Origin: Scyliorhinus canicula
Lineage: Eukaryota
Assembly (NCBI RefSeq): GCF_902713615.1
Contig: NC_052154.1
Coordinates: 162,139,988 to 162,203,987 of the forward strand
DNA length: 64,000 nt
Direction of reading: 5' to 3'
Shown: positions 60,491-64,000 of the stretch, piece after piece
Layout of the letters: every line of letters starts with the position of its first letter
How positions within the stretch are numbered: position 1 is the stretch's first letter
Program-made: the position numbers and the translations under genes
The notes under the pieces: model-generated
Databases searched by the model: none
Told to the model about the DNA's origin: nothing
What the model saw: the letters and a program-made list of their open reading frames with translations, nothing else

Positions 60491-63400
60491 CTACCTTCAA
60501 CCTTTTAATATATTTTACACTCATTGAGGTGAAAGATGTCCATCCTGTTGAGTGAAACACATTTTTGGTACCCACGTCCAAAGTTCCATTCAAAAGTTAG
60601 GTCAAAAATAGGCTGCTGAGACTTACTTTTCTGAAGCCTCAGCTATACTATTGTCTGATGAGAGTTGCACTTGAACGGAAATAAAAATATTGCACATTTA
60701 GCAGCATAAGACTCAAACCTCTGCGACTAGCGACCCATGGCATATATATTGTGGTTCAAGTGCGAGTATGAACTGTATGCTCCTTGCCCACAATTAAATT
60801 CCCAGTCATCCGAATGGAAAGTTTTTTCTGCGTCAAGTGATGGTATTCGCTTCTGCAGTTTCTTTAAATGATGGATTTTTAAAGTCACACAGGATGGTCC
60901 AATGGTACAAACAAAAGGGATTTCACACTGGTGCCAAGGAGTATGAAGCACATGAATTTCATACCTCCAGTACAGTAAATGCCCCGCCAGGCAAAGCACT
61001 CCTTTTTCACTGTTGAATATAATTTATTGTTTAAGCATGTTATTTTTCTCTTACATCGCATTTTAAATGCTGAGTAATAAATGAACTTGGGATCATTTTT
61101 GAAAGTAGCATTACTGATAGTGTTTTAGGGGAATAAATTAATTTAAAGTCTGAATTAAATGAATCTGCGTCTACTTTATCAGTTTAGATTCAAGGAGATT
61201 AGAAGAAATATAGAGCGGCGTGGGTGGCAGGACAAGTGATGTTTTCATCCTTTCTCTCCTTCCCTGAGGCAAAACATGCACCACCTAAAGGCTCATATAG
61301 GGCTACTGAAAATGCAATCCAGATGCGTCAGGCAGGTCTAAGCATTGTGCAGCTCTGATTGTTGAACTTACGACCGGTTATTTTGAAAGCTATTGAAGGA
61401 CCATGCTGCCTCATTACCAGACATGTTTTTATTCGTATCGAAGATAAACAATGCAGGTTTAAAGCAAGGAAGGTGGATATTTTATGATGTATTGTCAGGT
61501 AGAATAGACAATGCGAAAGACACCAGTCATGTTGTATTCTGAGAGAAAGGAACATTTTTGGCACCAGACTCGGGCCACATGGACAGACTGCCGAAGTTCT
61601 TTAAGGTGCTAGAAAACTATGCTAGCAACCAATGCATACTCGAAAGTAGCCGAGAGCAGCTCTGTCTGAATTTTAAAAGGAGATCACAATGTGAAAAATA
61701 GCAGAGTGAGTTAAAAATTAAATTACAATCATTCCAAGGCATATCAACTGATAGTGGGGGAAAGGGGGAGGAGGACAACAAGCTGACTAGGAACACAAAT
61801 TCAGATCAAATGCTTTCCCCCTCAGTTAACTCTCTTGATTTGCCACTGTGACCATTGTTAGCCTCTGCCCTATTTCAGATTCTAAAAGAGGCAGCATTCT
61901 GCACACATTCCACAGGGCCAGACTATATTTTTAAAAATGTGTAACTGATGGGGAATAGGAGTGAATCCCACAAGTTTGGAAAAAATGGAATGAAAGATGA
62001 CGTGAATCAGGAAGCAATGACTCGGCGACACCAAACTTCAGTTTTAAAAACATATAAATGGATGCACACCGTTTTAATTCCTATAAGGGAATGAGCTAAA
62101 AGGAAGAGTGAGTCATCATTTCTACACAGTGTAGGTGCAGGAAAGAAGAAATGTAGAATGATGTTGAGTTGCTGAAGTTGACAGAGGAAGGCTGTGGTGA
62201 TGCCAAGCCAAAATTCAAGTTTAAGGGGGAAGATAAATTTGGAGGGTGGTGACTTTACGTCAGTCAGAAAGGACACATTTGAGTACGTAGGAAAGGAATG
62301 GGTCTGTGGTGGTGTGACCGCAGTTGGCAATCACCTCTTCAATGAGATACTTCCCTTGTCTGCAATCTGACATTAAAAGGATGTGTTATTGAGACATTTC
62401 CGGTCCGCTGACCTGCCATTCCTAAAAAGATTTTAGGACCCCCTTTCTACTTGTTAGCGCTCTTGCGCTTAGAGAGGGATATGGTTCCCTGTGTGAAATC
62501 ACAAAATATCCCAAAGGAAAAGAAAAGCAAAATAATCAAAAATAATGGAAAAAAGTCCTATGGTCCTTCTGAAAGAAGCTCATTCCATCTTTGATATTCA
62601 TTAAAGAAAAGTAAATCCTTACCACAACAATTGTTCCACAGAATCTGTTTCTCTTTAAATGATTTGTTGATATTCCATTTCCTCCACAGCAAAACAATCT
62701 GTTGGAAATTAAGGCCCCTTCGTACAATATTTCTCCTACCATTTTCAAGCAAAAGGGTCTACCTTCCGTAACTTTGCACGATGAGGGGGACCCCTTTACT
62801 CTCAGTTTTATATTACGGCTAATGTTTCGAAGTTGTGTATAAAAGCTAGGACAGTTCTGTTGGCAGCAATAGTGTATCTGTCGGGCCTAAACTGCTGTGT
62901 AGATTGAGTGGCAACATCAGGCCTGTCTTTAACATTACCCTGACCAAGACCTTTTCAGAAACCGCCAACTGTTTTTAATTACAATCAGTATGTTTATAAT
63001 CACTCCGGCTACTTTATTTCAGTAATATCCTGAAAAATGTGGCAAAAATACAAGACCTGGTGAATTGTGTCTCTCCCCAAAATAGGAAAGTCCTTGTTTA
63101 ATTTAAATTAATTGAATCAAGTATACTCAGAAGCCATATTATTCTTTGTGCAATTTTCACAGCCTGAGGAGCATAAGTGGATGTAATAATAAAGCCTAAT
63201 ATTGATTGGAGAAAGTATAGATACTGAACGGAAAAGTTCCTATCACCACATCAGAATATTGTAAATGTTTGAGACGAAGAAACTACAGAGTCAGAATTAC
63301 AAAGCAAGTTCTACATAGTTTTTTGTTTTTCTTTTCTCTTTTGCTTGCTACTGTGCTCTCCAAGAAGTTGTCCCCGGGAGAATTGTTAGTATAGTAGGGT

Positions 63401-64000
63401 TAAGCCTTAACATCCTTAAATTAATGCTTTCAACATTTTTTACTTGGCAGTCTCCTCAAAAAGGAAGACTTTAATGATAAAACGGAAACATACGGTAGCA
63501 ACTTAACCACTTCAGTTTAACTTTTACCCGCATTTTCTTTTTAAAAAAAGGTAAGTTACAATGCAAGGGTGTCATCATAAAAACATTGCATGTTTGCTTT
63601 CAAAAAGTGTTTTTTAGTGACAAATTAATCATTTGGAACTTGCAGAAAGAAAAGAAGCTGCTCTATTGTTCTACCTGCTACTGAGGGAATAGAAACATTG
63701 GAAATGGTTATCAGGCAGATTGTGTGTAGGTTGCATATCGTGAAGATTGATTGAATAGTTGCAGGACGTGCATGTAGCACACGTGCACCTGTATCATGAC
63801 ATTTGCTGGTTGAACTGCAAGTTCAGTCAAACCAAGCTCTAGTCCACAGTAACATCATTCAGAACAGGAGTTAGTGAGGAGCAACCAAACAGCTGAACAA
63901 TGGTTCTGTGGGTAAATGCACCTGATGATATTTCCCGGACCTGCGGGGCATTCTTCAGGCACTGGCTTCAGTGCCCCTGGAGAAAAGAGGAAGAAAATAT

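Larger units (their letters stand above)
47966..64000 (+). other. SOX6: SOX6 intron splitting the HMG box, continuing beyond the window
   Basis: Donor GTGAGT after SKIL-G. I could not find the next exon (SRWKSM...) by eye in the remaining 16 kb. Confidence 0.75.

Overview
Eukaryotic genomic DNA, most likely from a cartilaginous fish. This is inferred from the HE1/V-SINEs, Deu-domain SINEs, CR1 LINEs and long G/C runs; a catshark-like shark is a guess. The window lies inside the + strand SOX6 (SoxD) gene and holds three coding exons: 1-132 (5'-truncated), 31953-32061 and 47732-47965, the last containing the N-terminal half of the HMG box. The rest is large, TE-rich intron, and almost all ORFs in the supplied track are spurious or TE-derived. 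Three observations stand out. (1) The HMG exon has an in-frame TGA (47782-47784) where tetrapod SOX6 has Trp (YYC[W/*]PT). It sits in an otherwise conserved 60-nt segment between two in-frame splice acceptors, so it could be a poison-splicing/dominant-negative switch, a stop-recoding site (A-to-I UGA>UGG or readthrough), or an error. (2) Two short palindromic Penelope-like insertions each carry a minimal hammerhead ribozyme on both strands, and the copies differ mainly at catalytically tolerated positions. (3) A family of CpG-rich MITEs has ~14-bp TIRs, 3-bp TSDs and NRF1-type motifs, and takes part in deep TE nesting.
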